From the NCBI GenBank assembly GCA_964016885.1, contig OZ024745.1, forward strand, positions 248,001 to 312,000: a stretch of DNA of 64,000 nucleotides, read 5' to 3'. The position numbers and the translations under genes are program-made. The notes beneath the pieces are model-generated. The model made no database searches and had not been told where the DNA came from. It was given only the letters and a program-made list of their open reading frames with translations. Source of the stretch: Eledone cirrhosa. Its lineage: Eukaryota. This document shows positions 40,904 to 55,038 of the stretch, piece by piece (position 1 is the stretch's first letter; every line of letters begins with the position of its first letter).

Positions 40904-41317
40904 ATATATATATATATATATGGCATATATATATATATATATATGGCAGATATATATATATATGGCAGATATATATATATATGGCAGATATATATATATA
41001 TGGCAGATATATATATATATAGCAGATATATATATATATAGCAGATATATATATATATAGCAGATATATATATATATATATATAGCAGATATATATATAT
41101 ATAGCAGATATATATATATATAGCAGATATATATATATATAGCAGATATATATATATATAGCAGATATATATATATATATATAGCAGATATATATATATA
41201 TATAGCAGATATATATATATATATAGCAGATATATATATATATATATATATATGGCAGATATATATATATATATAGCAGATATATATATATATATAGCAG
41301 ATATATATATATATAGC

Positions 41318-41355
<38 letters not shown>

Positions 41356-41512
41356 GATATATATATATATATAACTATATATATATATAACTAATATATA
41401 TATATATATATATATATGGCAGATATATATATATATATATAACTATATATATATATAACTAATATATATATATATATATATGGCAGATATATATATATAT
41501 ATATATATATAT
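40744..41512. repeat. (TA)n microsatellite with periodic GGCA/GCAGA interruptions
   Basis: Directly visible. Confidence 0.95.
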
Positions 41513-41820
41513 GTGTAAACTAGTACATCGTTCCTGTGTCAGTGTTGAACAAAAGGGCGACGATGGTTGCCTAACCACTGTACGGCGTAATCCGGGTTGT
41601 TTGTTTACAAACAAACAACCCGAACATTATAATAAATGTTCGGTAAACCCATACGTACATATATATATATATATATGTGCATGTATGTATATATATACAT
41701 ACTACTGTACGTCTGTATACATATATGTATGTACGTATACATACTTACATTTAAGTATCAGCCGTACTAAGAGTGAGAAATGAAATTTCGTTTCATTCTT
41801 TTCCATTTTTAGAGAGGGGG

Positions 41821-41935
41821 GAGGGGCTGAGTGGTTAGAGAATTGGATTCGCAATCGTGAGGTTGTCAGTTCGATTCCTGGACCGGGCGATGCGTTATGT
41901 CCTTGAGCAAGATACTTTATTTCCCGTTGTTCCTT
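41821..41935 (+). mobile_element. tRNA-derived SINE, 3'-truncated
   Basis: GGCTGAGTGGTTAG A-box, GTTCGATTCC B-box, core CCTTGAGCAAGATACTTTATTTC. Confidence 0.75.
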
Positions 41936-43539
41936 CTACCTGGAGTTGCGACCGATAGATAGTATTAGCAATTGGAAATACCAACGGAAACATAGTTTCC
42001 TCGGTCCGATTTAACGAAAGTCGATCGACAAAAAAAATATAGAGAGGGGGAGAGAGAGACTTGCATGTCAGGGTGCATATTTTGGGGTGTGTTTCTGTCT
42101 ATTTCCTATACACAATAAGCACGTGTAACGTATTTATGCTCTAGCTTCATCAACCTTGCTGAATATTAATATCATCTAAATAACATCTAAATAACGCTAC
42201 ACATATTATATAGGTAGTTTTTATCAATCTTTAAATGTCCCCCATAGTTCTGCTCTTATACACTAGTTATGTAACATATCGACCCATAAATTAGTACCAC
42301 TCGGGTAGTAGGTATAATTCATTGATAAATTTTTCAAATATTTTATTACAGTTGAATAACGTTCCAAATATGTTTTAAATATATAAATAACATAACAAAT
42401 ATAAATTCATCAACAAAAATGATGAAGGAAAAAGAAAAAATAGGGGGGGGGGGCAATTTACCACCAAGTGCAACAATCGGCAACACTAATTGATAATTAG
42501 GAATGTGTTGGCACCACCGAAAACAGTGTGTGTATGTGTGTCTGTGTGTCTGTGTGCGCGCGCGCGCACTATAATAACTACATTGTTAATTCTCCCTCAG
42601 AGCTGTCTTCAACAAAGTATTGGTTAACAAAAGGCTAATAGAAGACAAGATAGAGATGTACCCTCCGTGTAGTAAATTGAACAAATTGCCAATTCACAAT
42701 ATGACTAAGTCTTTCTTCAATGTCGGTATCCCGATAAAATAGCACCCTGTATACTATGGAAAGTGGTTGGCATTAGGAAGGGCAGCAAAGCATGGCCCTC
42801 AACCCGTCTAGTAGGGATACTCCAGCATGGAAAAGCAGGCGTAAAATGAGGATTATATATCAAATACTTGCTATATAGGGAAGCCTTACTTCTCTCCCCT
42901 GACAGCTCCTCTATTCCCTTGCTCTCTATCCTTCATTGCTACCTATTAATCTTTCATTAGCCTAATTTTCGCGCGCACGCGCGTGTGTAACTGAATATAA
43001 ACACTTACACACATATATGTGAGAGTGTGTGTATGTGAATATGTATATGTGCGTGTGTGTGTGTGTGACAACAGTGCATAACTTGGTAGGTTCTCCGTTG
43101 TATGAGAGATGCACTTCATGAAACTTATCTATGGAACACTGCACAAACGACGACGTCTACTTTGATGTTCCAGCAACTATAACAAGGCGTATTTTTAAGT
43201 ATTTGTTATTTAATACATCTGCACTAGCTATGGAAATATCTGACATCTTTTGTTTTCCTAAACCTAGAACTCATGCTAGAGGTTACCCATTTTGCGCCTT
43301 ACTCGTTCATATAGAATGTGTGTGGAGAGAGAGAGAGAGAGAGAGAAGAGTTATGTTATCGTATTAGTCCTGTAACTCCCGAGGGAGTCGTAGGGGCGCC
43401 GCATTGACATACAACGTTTCCATAGCATTTTAAAACCTGGTGGAGCCCATCTCCTCTCCAGGTCTGAATTTCAGCAGATTTCTTCCATAGAAGGATAGAG
43501 AGTGTGAGAGAAGGGAAGTGAGAAAGAGATACAGAGAAA

Positions 43540-43685
43540 GAATCGACCCCAGTACTAGACTGAATGAAAATGAACTTCGAATGAATGAAAAACAAAGTTG
43601 GCCTCGGCGGGATTTGAACTGAGGAGAGCCGCAGCGAATATCGCAAAGCATTCTATCTGACGTGCTTACGACTCTGTTAACCCAC
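43540..43685 (-). mobile_element. Degenerate octopus-type SINE (same family as 32003-32768)
   Basis: ATCGACCCCAGTAC and GGCGGGATTTGAAC motifs on the + strand. Confidence 0.55.
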
Positions 43686-44869
43686 AACTTGGTATGAGAT
43701 TAACAAGCTCTAAAAAGCTGAGGACTGTGCAGTATCAGTAGAAAAAGGTATTTTAATACTACAGCACATCTATAGGTCAAATGTTTTAATGTACTGGTCA
43801 ACGACTGGATGCCAGCAAGCCAATATACTCTGATGGTCAGTCACCATCCAGTATAACTTAATAGTATGTTGTACCATGCTTTCACTGAAGACTTTAGGAA
43901 TACCATGCAGTGGTGACATAAACAGCTCCTCGACTACCACCACCCACTCCCTTAGTCCAGAATATAACTGGGAGGAAAGAGGGTTGCACCACACCAACAC
44001 TGGGCTAATACTTTCTTTATCGACTCCGAAAGAATAAAAGGAAAAGTGAACATTGGTGAGAACGCAGAGACAAATAGCCACCGCTCTACCGATTCAGTCA
44101 CACATACAACATGCTACATGAAATTAGAAGTAAACCCTGCCTTCTGAAATAGATTTACCAATGTAATATTGCTAATAACTAATGTTAGGCCTGTATAACA
44201 TCATCTACAATAACGAATAAACAATATTTACAGTCACCTTTCCCACCCTCTATTATTCTAGTAAATTGCTTTTAAAACAATTTTATTACCGTGTATATTG
44301 TATTACGTAGATCATATTTAAATAAATATTTTCTTTCACACACACACACACACACCACAGATACGTTCAGAGTACAACACTAAGAGGAAATCCTGCACAC
44401 TCAACCACACAGGAGGCGTTGAGGGCTTCCCTCTATTTTCTAGGCAAGTCAACAACACTTGCAGCACCGCCGCTGGTCAGAAAGTATACTTATGTAGTGT
44501 ACAGACTGTAGTATGGGAGATTCTAGAATTGTATTGTATTATTTTCTTTTATATTATGTTAATTACTGGCAGTAAAATTGTGTGAAATTTCGAAAGTCTC
44601 ATATATATATATATATAAATTTTAGTACAGCATTAACGAAGCTTTAGAACACGGCCAAGCTAACGAATGCAGAATCGGTCTGTAGTTTTAGCACTCAGAT
44701 GGGGAAAGAACCCCAGAGTAATAACAATACGTTCAGACAGCTTAGCAAATCATATATAGCGGTCGTCCAGCCGCATCACCAGAGCAACGAAAATACAGGA
44801 CCCAGGAAAAGATTTATATATATATATATATACGATATTAATAAATGGAAACTATATTTATAAAACCAT

Positions 44870-44935
44870 ATTTATTTCATTATATATATTTCAAGGATAC
44901 CAAGTTACATTATGGTATGCCTTCATCAGACAAAA
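44870..44935 (-). ncRNA. Degenerate hammerhead motif near (TA)n
   Basis: CTGATGA-AGGCATACCA..TGGTATCCTT-GAAA-TATAT, followed by AATAAA. The 3' strand of stem I is not recognisable. Confidence 0.45.
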
Positions 44936-45990
44936 TACAATATATAACAGTTTTATAAATAGACATTGATGTACCCCTTTTAAAAATTGACCGTTGTTTT
45001 TGGAGGCCATCAGGATAGTGATTTGTTTACTTTAGTAAGTCAGTGTTAAGAGTAAGTAAAAAGATGGAGAGAGAGAGAGAAACGTGGTGAAAAGAAAGGG
45101 AGAGATATATAAAGAAAAAGAAGAAAACAAAAAGAAAAGAGAACAGGAAAAATAACGGGGAGATATCAAACCATCAGACAGAGAAAAAATCCAGAGAGAG
45201 ATATAGAGATAGAGAGAGGGGGGAGAGACCGAAAGCCTTAAGTTATGTCATATTAAGTTGAGTTAACAATTGGGATGAAAAGCATAAATAAAATTAGAAA
45301 TATTAATATTCATGAATGGAATATAGATATATAATATGAGAAATTACACATTGTTTAATTATGATTAGATATTTAGTTTAAAATTGAGATCAATATATTA
45401 AAAATTGGAATTTAAACATTATAAAATATATATATTGCTAGAGAGAGAGAGAGAGACTTAGCACTTGTTTACTAAAAGTGGGTGAAACGAATTTGTTTGA
45501 CAACTTCTCAAATGATACCTATGCATGGATAAACTCCAGGGAAATATGGATTACTACAGTTTTCACACTTCAGAAGCTACTATAATCAATAAGAATTAAC
45601 CATCATATTCTAAAAAGATAATTCAGCAGTGATCTTTGAAAGTCTAGGAAATACAGTTGCCGGCGAGTTAAATGACATGGAAGTTCCTGAAATGACATAA
45701 GAGAGGTCTGAAGATGGCTTTATATATATTATTCAAGAGCAAATGGAATTCATTGCATTTTAATTTGCTAGCAACAGAAATGTGCTAAGTAAATAAGATT
45801 GTATTCATTAGACAACTAAGAATTACTCTGTTCTCTCAAACATATTTACGTTATTACAGAAAATACACCTGATATTGGTGTGGATCAAAGGTCATACATG
45901 TCCTGTTAAACAATAGGACATTTTAAACCAATAATCCCAGCAATATCATCCCTAAACAGACATTTCTTTTGGGCAGAGTAAATCAACAGT

Positions 45991-46250
45991 AGTGAGTGGC
46001 CTAGTGGTTAGGGTATTGTACAAATGATCATAATGTCGTGGGTTCGATTCCTGGACCGAGTTGTATGTTGTGTTCTTGAGCAAAACACTTCATTTCACTT
46101 AGTTGCTCCAGTATACTCAACTGAAAATGAGTAGCAACAGTAGCTGGGACTTAGCTCTGAGATGGACTGGTGTACTTCCAGGAAGGGAACGCTTTACTCT
46201 TAGTCGCTTAACACCAAGGAAACCAAGGTAAGCACCGACTTGAGGATTCG
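45991..46250 (+). mobile_element. tRNA-derived SINE
   Basis: TGGCCTAGTGGTTAG A-box, GGTTCGATTCC B-box, core TTCTTGAGCAAAACACTTCATTTCAC..GCTCCAGT. Confidence 0.8.
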
Positions 46251-46297
46251 GGCCTGAGCAAAATAATTATTAGTGGATTGATATTTGAGAGAGAGCA

Positions 46298-46435
46298 GGG
46301 CTGCTGACAACGAAGTTCTTGTCATTGTTGGTAGCTAGCCGTACCGATGTATCAAGGGATGCCTGTTAGGGTACTATTCCAGCACCTTAGCCTCGCCATC
46401 ACCTACAGCAATACTGTCAGTGTGTTTGGCTTACC
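46298..46435 (+). mobile_element. Short CRE-like C-terminal remnant
   Basis: LFQHLSLAITYSNTVSVFG. TTCCAGCACCTTAGCCTCGCCATCA closely matches the minus strand around 32097-32121. Confidence 0.55.
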
Positions 46436-46613
46436 TCAAACATTATTAGAGGGAGGTTCCAACACCCCTTGTTGTATGATTTACTGTGCGGTTCTGCTAC
46501 TCCACTAATTTCTCTTCTATTGTGTAGAGATTAAATTTAATATTCAGAAAACATGTTTGATTCTACCATCAGCATTTTACAACTCGCCATGTATGTAGTC
46601 ATTTGATTATGTA

Positions 46614-46814
46614 CGAAAATCGACTGAAAAGTTCATAGGCTGACTATGAACGAGTGATGCTAGAGCTGTGAAATCTTGCATGCATTTATTTCAACTCTCC
46701 TTATTAATAACTGCATTGTTTTTTTCCAGGGACTATGTTGAAAAATAAACCTTATTTGGTCATTCCATGAGAGTATCTTGGTCAGCAGCCTATGAACTAT
46801 TCAGCCGACCCTCG
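46614..46814 (+). mobile_element. 201-bp Tc1/mariner-type MITE with TA target-site duplication
   Basis: TA|CGAAAATCGACTGAAAAGTTCATAGGCTG ... CAGCCTATGAACTATTCAGCCGACCCTCG|TA. Confidence 0.85.
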
Positions 46815-47351
46815 TACGTTAGCAGTGACTGTCCCTCGATAATGTAGGGCCAAAAGCTATTACTAAAATGGACAGCTCGTATATTTTGACAGTACTCGAT
46901 GATACCTGTTAGCCTAATACAAACAAAACAATGAAACTTGCTTTAATCAATATTTTTAAAAAATCGATTAATTAGATCGCTGCCTTCTAAATCATTATAT
47001 ATACAATCACCTCACCGGGTAATACTTAACTTTTTACAGGTCGTTCAACACTAAAAACTTCGGATGATTTGTCATTAGTTTAAAAGGAGTTGGGGTTCGA
47101 AATACTAAAACTACTTAATTCAATTTACAACAGGGAGGCGAGGTGCAAGTCTCCAAAAGTCTATCTCTCGTCATACAAGAGAATGATCTTTGAATGATAC
47201 TTGAATCCGAGATTCAGGATAAAACTACAATTTTTGGAGACTATACCATGCTCTCGCTTAAGAAAGTTACTACTATTACTACGAAAATGTTACAGGAAAC
47301 ATGACGATGGGACATATCTAGTCGTCATCTAATACAGTTGCAACCAACACA

Positions 47352-47552
47352 CGGGGTTCGGTTGAAAAGTTCATAGGCTGACCAAGATACTCCCATGGAA
47401 TGACCAAATGAGATTTATTTTTTTTAACATAGTCCCCTGGAAAGAAACAATGCAGTTATTAATAAAAAGAATTGAAATTAATGCATGCAAGATTTCAGAT
47501 CTCTAGCATCACACGTTCATAGTGAGCCTATGAACTTTTCCACCTACCGTAG
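47352..47552 (-). mobile_element. Second copy of the same MITE, in inverted orientation
   Basis: Same terminal inverted repeats. The internal sequence (CCAAGATACTCCCATGGAATGACCAAAT..GCATGCAAGATTTCA) is the reverse complement of 46614-46814. Confidence 0.85.
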
Positions 47553-48045
47553 TAGAATCCTTACTAAAAAAAGGAAGGTGAACAATGCCCGCCTATTTCA
47601 CTGATTATCATATATTGATGGCTGCCGAGACCTTTTACATTTTCTATTAATAATTTATTACATTTTGTTTTATTCACGAATTCCTAACTTTTTGACATTT
47701 CTAAATTATATTTCTTTGATATGCGATGAATTTAGAATGAAATATTCTATAAGTGTTCTAAAACTGTTAAATTGTCAACTACTAATAGGATTATATGTAC
47801 TAATCATACTTATGTACAACTTGACGTTGACATTTTATCTATACATCAGCAATATTTAATGTTTTCGTTAAATACTTTCACTCAAATATTTTTCTATCTT
47901 CTACTTATGTCAAATTTGTAGAATGTCACGGTTTCCATGGGGGAAAATGTTGGAATCCCGTGCCTGACAAGCACGTGCATTGCAGGTAATTATATGCTGG
48001 GAGTGCGTGTATGTAGTCACTTCATTGTATGTGTGTGTGTATGCG

Positions 48046-48099
<54 letters not shown>

Positions 48100-48105
48100 A
48101 TATAT

Positions 48106-48234
48106 ATGATTTCTCCCGAATGAAACAGTTCTAGTCCTGTAGAAGCCTTTTCTATATTAAATATTTATACTCTGCTTTGTATTGAGTACCTTACTAACTG
48201 TGGTTACCCCCGATTGAACCCGAGATAAACTTAC
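48106..48234 (+). mobile_element. 5'-truncated copy of the hammerhead-bearing element at 35550-35742, between (TA)n tracts
   Basis: ATGA-TTTCTCCCGAAT-GAAA-CAG..CTGT-A-GAAGCC...GTATTGAGTACCTTACTAA...ATTGAACCC is shared with the other copy. Confidence 0.65.
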
Positions 48235-49411
48235 ATATATATATATATATGTGTATGTGTGTTATACATGTGTATGTATGTGTCGTGTGTGTTAAATGTG
48301 TGTATTTATGTGTTAGTTACATGACATGAAAACTAAAACTGTTGGTGTTAGCGCTATTAACTCAGTCGGCAACAAAATAATGTACATATTAAAACAGACA
48401 TAATTATCTATAATTATTACATGATCCGGAGGGAAGGAAATAACACTGCTTTATAATCAATAGTTTGTTATATGCAGTCAGAATTTCATGGCTTAGACAG
48501 AAATTATCAACAAAAAGGTTAAGATACAACATGGAAAATAAAGTAAAGGATTGAAAACAAATGATAATTACCATCACTTCTAAGAACAAGATTATCAATT
48601 ATAACAGGAAAACCAGTCACACAGAAATATGTGTTTCTAATAAATGACTGACACGAGGAAAATATAAATGAGGTTAACTGTTATAAAAATATTAAGATAT
48701 TTCCTTCCAATAGTTTGTGATCATAAATACGTTACGATACTTCAGTAACCAAACATTTCACATAGAAAAACAAACAATACTGTATATATGTATGTGTCAC
48801 TGTTGTAACTTATATATATGTGTGTTACTGTGGTAACTTTATATATATATATAAACACCCTAATTTTGTACGCAGAGTTCCTATGAAATATCAAAAGGCT
48901 GAGCACTATCATATGTAGGGGATATAATTTTTTTTTTTTAAACACTTTAGACTTTATTGTGTTGTATCAGATGAAAGAATGGTATTTAACTAATGTATTG
49001 GTACGCGATGGGGCCCACCCACAGCCCCGGCGGACAGAATTTAGGTTATTGTAAATTATTGAAGAGGGTATTGAAATCGATGAGTGTGAAGTTCCGGGTT
49101 GTTTTTTTCCTCTACACTTTCACCCCGAAGCCGGATAACTTTCAAAGAAAGGCAAAAATTTTCAGAGAAAGTCGAAACAAGAGAAAATATAACAATATCA
49201 ATAGGGAGATAATTTTTTTTTTAAATACACATTTCTGGGGTTTTATATATATATCTATATAATTGTTTTGTTTTTTAAGGTCAATCTAAAGCAGTTAAAA
49301 TATCTATATAAACTTGAAGTAGTGAAAAATAAGGATCGTAATTGGAACTAGAAGATAGGAAGATTAGGGGGGGGGGGTGAATAAAGATATAGGGGGTGCC
49401 TTAGAATAGGG

Positions 49412-49751
49412 ATACACACATATATATACACACATATATATATATACACACACATATATATATATATATACACACATATATATATATACACACACACATA
49501 TATATACACACACACATATATATATATATACACACACATATATATACACACACATATATATATATACACATATATATATACACATATATATATATATACA
49601 CATATATATATACACATATATATATATATACACATATATATATATATACACACACATATATATATATACACACACATATATATACATACACACACATATA
49701 TATACATATATATATACACACATATATACATATATATATACACACATATAT
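49412..49751. repeat. (TA)n/(CA)n compound microsatellite
   Basis: Directly visible. Confidence 0.95.
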
Positions 49752-50342
49752 GGTGGCTGCCAACTCGTTTTCGAGTACGGCCACTACTTTATATCCATGT
49801 AGGAGAACCCCTACTGATGCGCTGAACGAGTGTGACTTTTTAGTCCAGCCAGCGACTTGAAAGCTCTGGTACAAACACTACACTTGTGACAATTATTGAC
49901 ACATAGTGCTGGGCCCATGGTACCATGTGACGACAAATGCAGAGAGATCTCCAGATATAAAGCAATGCCTGTGCCGTGAAGCTTTTATAGTGAGCAAAGG
50001 CACTGCACAAAGCCAGTCCCACTCTCTTAACCAAGATGATATTTACCAAAAAGAAGAACAAGTCAACATCATTGGATACCATCAGGGTTGCAGGTGTTAT
50101 ATCAGAGTTTTCCTTCTCCTAGAATTCTGCCTTGACAAAGGCTAAGGGGTCATCTCTCCCGGTGATTTTGGATGGCCATTGACTCTTAAGAGCTCCTTTG
50201 CCTTTTGACAGGTTTTGTTTTTAGTCCTGCAGGATGTCCAAAGTCACCCTCCTCACCAAGAAACCTTGGTGGGGTTGCCAGTTTAGTCGCCAACGACCCG
50301 ACCATGGGACAGGTTGTACTGGAATACATGTTACCAGTAGCA
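49752..50342 (-). mobile_element. Probable RTE LINE 5' UTR fragment between microsatellites
   Basis: The minus strand contains CTAGGAGAAGGAAAACTCTGA, a motif I recall from RTE-type 5' regions, and is rich in hairpins. No ORF support. Confidence 0.45.
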
Positions 50343-50379
50343 CACATATATACATATATATATATACACACATATATAC

Positions 50380-50432
<53 letters not shown>

Positions 50433-50506
50433 TACATATATATATACATATATATATACATACATATATATATACATATATATATACATATATACATACA
50501 TATACA

Positions 50507-52053
50507 CTCTTCTTGGCATTTGTCGACCTTGAGAAAGCCTTTGACAGAGTTCCACGTGCTGTAATCTGGTGGGCTCTTAGAAAACTAGGAGTAGATGAAT
50601 GGCTTGTGAAAGCGGTACAAGCCATGTATAGGGGAGCAGTCAGCAAAGTTAGGATTAGCAATGAGTATAGCGAGGAATTTAGCGTACAGGTTGGGGTCCA
50701 CCAGGGCTCTGTTCTTAGCCCTCTCCTGTTCATCATAGTCCTGCAGGCAATAACGGAGGAGTTTAAGACCGGATGCCCATGGGAACTCCTGTATGCTGAT
50801 GACCTCGCACTCATAGCTGAATCTATGGTAGAACTAGAGAATAAATTCCAAACCTGGAAGCAGGGACTAGAGAGAAAGGGCCTCAAAGTCAACATGACAA
50901 AGACTAAGGTCCTTATAAGTAGACGAGAAAACAGAACCCAGATCCCCTCAGGGAAATGGCCTTGCTCAGTATGTAGGAAAGGTGTAGGTAGGAACTCCAT
51001 TCTCTGCCCCAGATGCAAACAATGGGTACACAAGAGATGTAGCGGGATCTCAGGAAGCTTAATTAAGAATGTAGGATTCACATGCAGCAGCTGTGCTGAA
51101 ACAGCAAGCAAACAGCCACAGGAAACAAGTACCACCAATCTCTGGGAGGGCCCTGTAGAAACAGTAGACAGCTTCTGCTACCTAGGTGACCGAATTAGCA
51201 ACGGAGGTGGGTGCTCAGAAAGTACAATAACTAGGGTAAGAACGGGATGGAAGAAGTTTAGGGAACTACTACCACTGCTAGCTGCAAAAGGCTTCTCCCT
51301 CAGAATGAAAGGCAGACTGTATGATGCGTGTATCCGAACAGCGATGTTGCATGGTAGTGAGACCTGGGCGCTGAAGGTGGAAGACTTACGTAGATTAGAG
51401 AGAAACGAAGCCTGCATGCTCCGATGGATGTGTAACAGTAATATACATGAACGACAAAGCATAAAGGAATTGAGAGAGAGACTGAGCATAAGAGGAATCA
51501 AATGCTGCGTGCAGGAGAGGCGGTTACGCTGGTATGGACATGTGATGCGTATGAAGGATGACAGCTGCATAAAAAGGTGCAGAGCACTAGAAGTTGATGG
51601 AAACCGCGGAGTGGGGAGACCCAAGATGACTTGGGATGAGGTGATAAAAGCCGACCTTACCCAACTACACCTCTCAAAGTCAATGACACACGACCGTGAC
51701 TTCTGGCGTCACGCAGTAATACAGGGTACCCGACCTCCCATGGGTACATGCTGAAGCATATAAACAATATGCCCCCACTCCCCCCACCGCAAGGTGGTCG
51801 TGGAGGTGCCACGGCAAAAAAACACCCAGCCCACACTGTAAAGTGGACGTGTAGGCGCCACGAAAAAGCACCCAGCACTCACTGTAAATGAGGTTGGTGT
51901 TAGGAAGGGCATCCAGCTGTAGAAATCAAGCCAGATCAGTTCCTGTATGAGCAAGGCATGGTCAGCCGACCAGACACTGCCCACAACAGGACAACCCGTC
52001 TAACCCATGCTAGCGTGGAAGAACGGACGTAAAACGGTGATGATGATGATGAT
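50507..52053 (+). mobile_element. 5'-truncated RTE LINE: partial RT, Cys/His finger, stop at 51754, 3' UTR and (GAT)n tail
   Basis: [62 protein letters not shown]. Confidence 0.95.
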
Positions 52054-52511
52054 ATATATACATATATACATATATATATACATATATACATATATATATA
52101 CATATATACATATATATATACATATATACATATATATATACATATATACATATATATATACATATATACATATATATATACATATATACATACATATATA
52201 CATATATACATATACATATATACATATATATATACATATATACATATATATATACATATATACATATATATATACATATATATATACATATATACATATA
52301 TATATACATATATACATATATATATACATATATACATATATATATACATATATATATACATATATACATATATATATACATATATATATACATATATATA
52401 TACATATATATACATATATACATATATACATATATACATATACATATATACATATACATATATACATATACATATATACATATATATATACATATATATA
52501 TACATATATAC

Positions 52512-52542
<31 letters not shown>

Positions 52543-52571
52543 CATATATACATATATATATACATATATAC

Positions 52572-52602
<31 letters not shown>

Positions 52603-52659
52603 CATATATACATATATATATACATATATATATACATATATATATACATATACATATAC

Positions 52660-52692
<33 letters not shown>

Positions 52693-52767
52693 CATATATA
52701 CATATATATACATATATACATATATATACATATATATATATATATATACGTATATATACATATATAC

Positions 52768-52798
<31 letters not shown>

Positions 52799-53522
52799 CA
52801 TATATATACATATATGTATATATATACATATATATACATATATACATATATATATATACATATATATACATATATGTATATATATACATATATATACATA
52901 TATACATATATATACATATATATACATATACATATATACATATACATATATACATATACATATATACATATACATATATATATATACATATACATATATA
53001 TATATACATATACATATATATATATACATATATATATATACATATACATATATATATATACATATACATATATATATATACATATACATATATACATATA
53101 CATATATACATATACATATATATATATACATATACATATATATATATACATATACATATATACATATATATATATACATATACATATATATATATACATA
53201 TACATATACATATATATATACATATATATATATACATATACATATATATATATACATATACATATATATATATACATATACATATATATATATACACATA
53301 TACATATACATATATACATATATATATATATACATATACATATACATATATATATATATACATATACATATACATATATATACATATACATATACATATA
53401 CATATATATACATATACATATACATCTATATATATACATATATACATATACATATATATATATACATATATACATATATATATATATATACATATATACA
53501 TATATACATACATATACATATA

Positions 53523-53578
<56 letters not shown>

Positions 53579-53610
53579 CATATATACATATATACATACA
53601 TATACATATA

Positions 53611-53680
<70 letters not shown>

Positions 53681-53719
53681 CATATATACATATATATATA
53701 TACATATATACATATATAC

Positions 53720-53782
<63 letters not shown>

Positions 53783-53807
53783 CATATATACATATATACA
53801 TATATAC

Positions 53808-53857
<50 letters not shown>
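52054..53857. repeat. 1.8-kb (TA)n/(TACA) microsatellite
   Basis: Directly visible. Confidence 0.95.
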
Positions 53858-53860
<3 letters not shown>

Positions 53861-55004
53861 AAAACAAATAACGAAACGAAATTAAATTTTGTTTCGTTTG
53901 TAACTCACTTTTGTATGACTGACGCTTAAACAATTAAGTTAAAGATGTACATCCATATATGTATACTGAAATACTAGTATGTATATGAATACACACACGT
54001 ATACATATGTAGATGTACCAAGTTTTTTCACTGGTCACTTTACTGTGAGTGGCCAGCTATTCTGTATGTAAACACACAGACAAACCGGTTTTTAGAGTCA
54101 TACTGGTTTTTGAGGAAACACCTTTCCTCTATTCTCCAGAAAGCCAGACAAGGAATATTGAACTAGTTTCGTTGTTGTTACAACTCATCAGCAATATTTA
54201 CCTATCTTCCGGCCTCTCTAGAGAATCGTAAAAGCACATATCGTTATATGCTTTTTCTATGAAAATTAGTAGTGGGCAGACTAATTTGCATAGAGTGTGA
54301 GTAAGTACCGGTTCAACGGAGACGATAAAAACAAATAACGAAACGAAATTAAATTTCGTTTCGTTTGTAACTCACTTTTGTATGACTGACGCTTAAACAA
54401 TTAAGTTAAAGATGTACATCCATATATGTATACTGAAATACTAGTATGTATATGAATACACACACGTATACATATGTAGATGTACCAAGTTTTTTCACTG
54501 GTCACTTTACTGTGAGTGGCCAGCTATTCTGTATGTAAACACACAGACAAACCGGTTTTTAGAGTCATACACATATATATATACATATATATATATATAC
54601 ACACATATATATATACACACATATATATATATATATATATACACATATATATATACACACATATATAAATATATATATATATACACACATATAGAAATAT
54701 ATATACACATATATATACATATATATATATATACATACACATATATATACATACACATATATATACATATATATACATATATATCTACATATATATATAT
54801 ACACACATATCTATACACACATATATATACACATATATATACATATATATATACACACACATATATATACATATATATATATACACACATATATATACAT
54901 ATATATATATACACACATATATATACATATATATATATATACACATATATATACATATATATATATACACATATATAGATATACACATATATATATATAC
55001 ACAT

Positions 55005-55038
<34 letters not shown>

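Noticed and set aside
45991-46060. tRNA gene (also at 41821 and 33110-33178)
   Set aside because: A and B boxes are present, but there is no clean cloverleaf and each runs into a shared SINE core.
50234-50506. N-terminal part of the 506-aa ORF
   Set aside because: Read-through across an unrelated fragment and a microsatellite. RT homology starts at about 50507.
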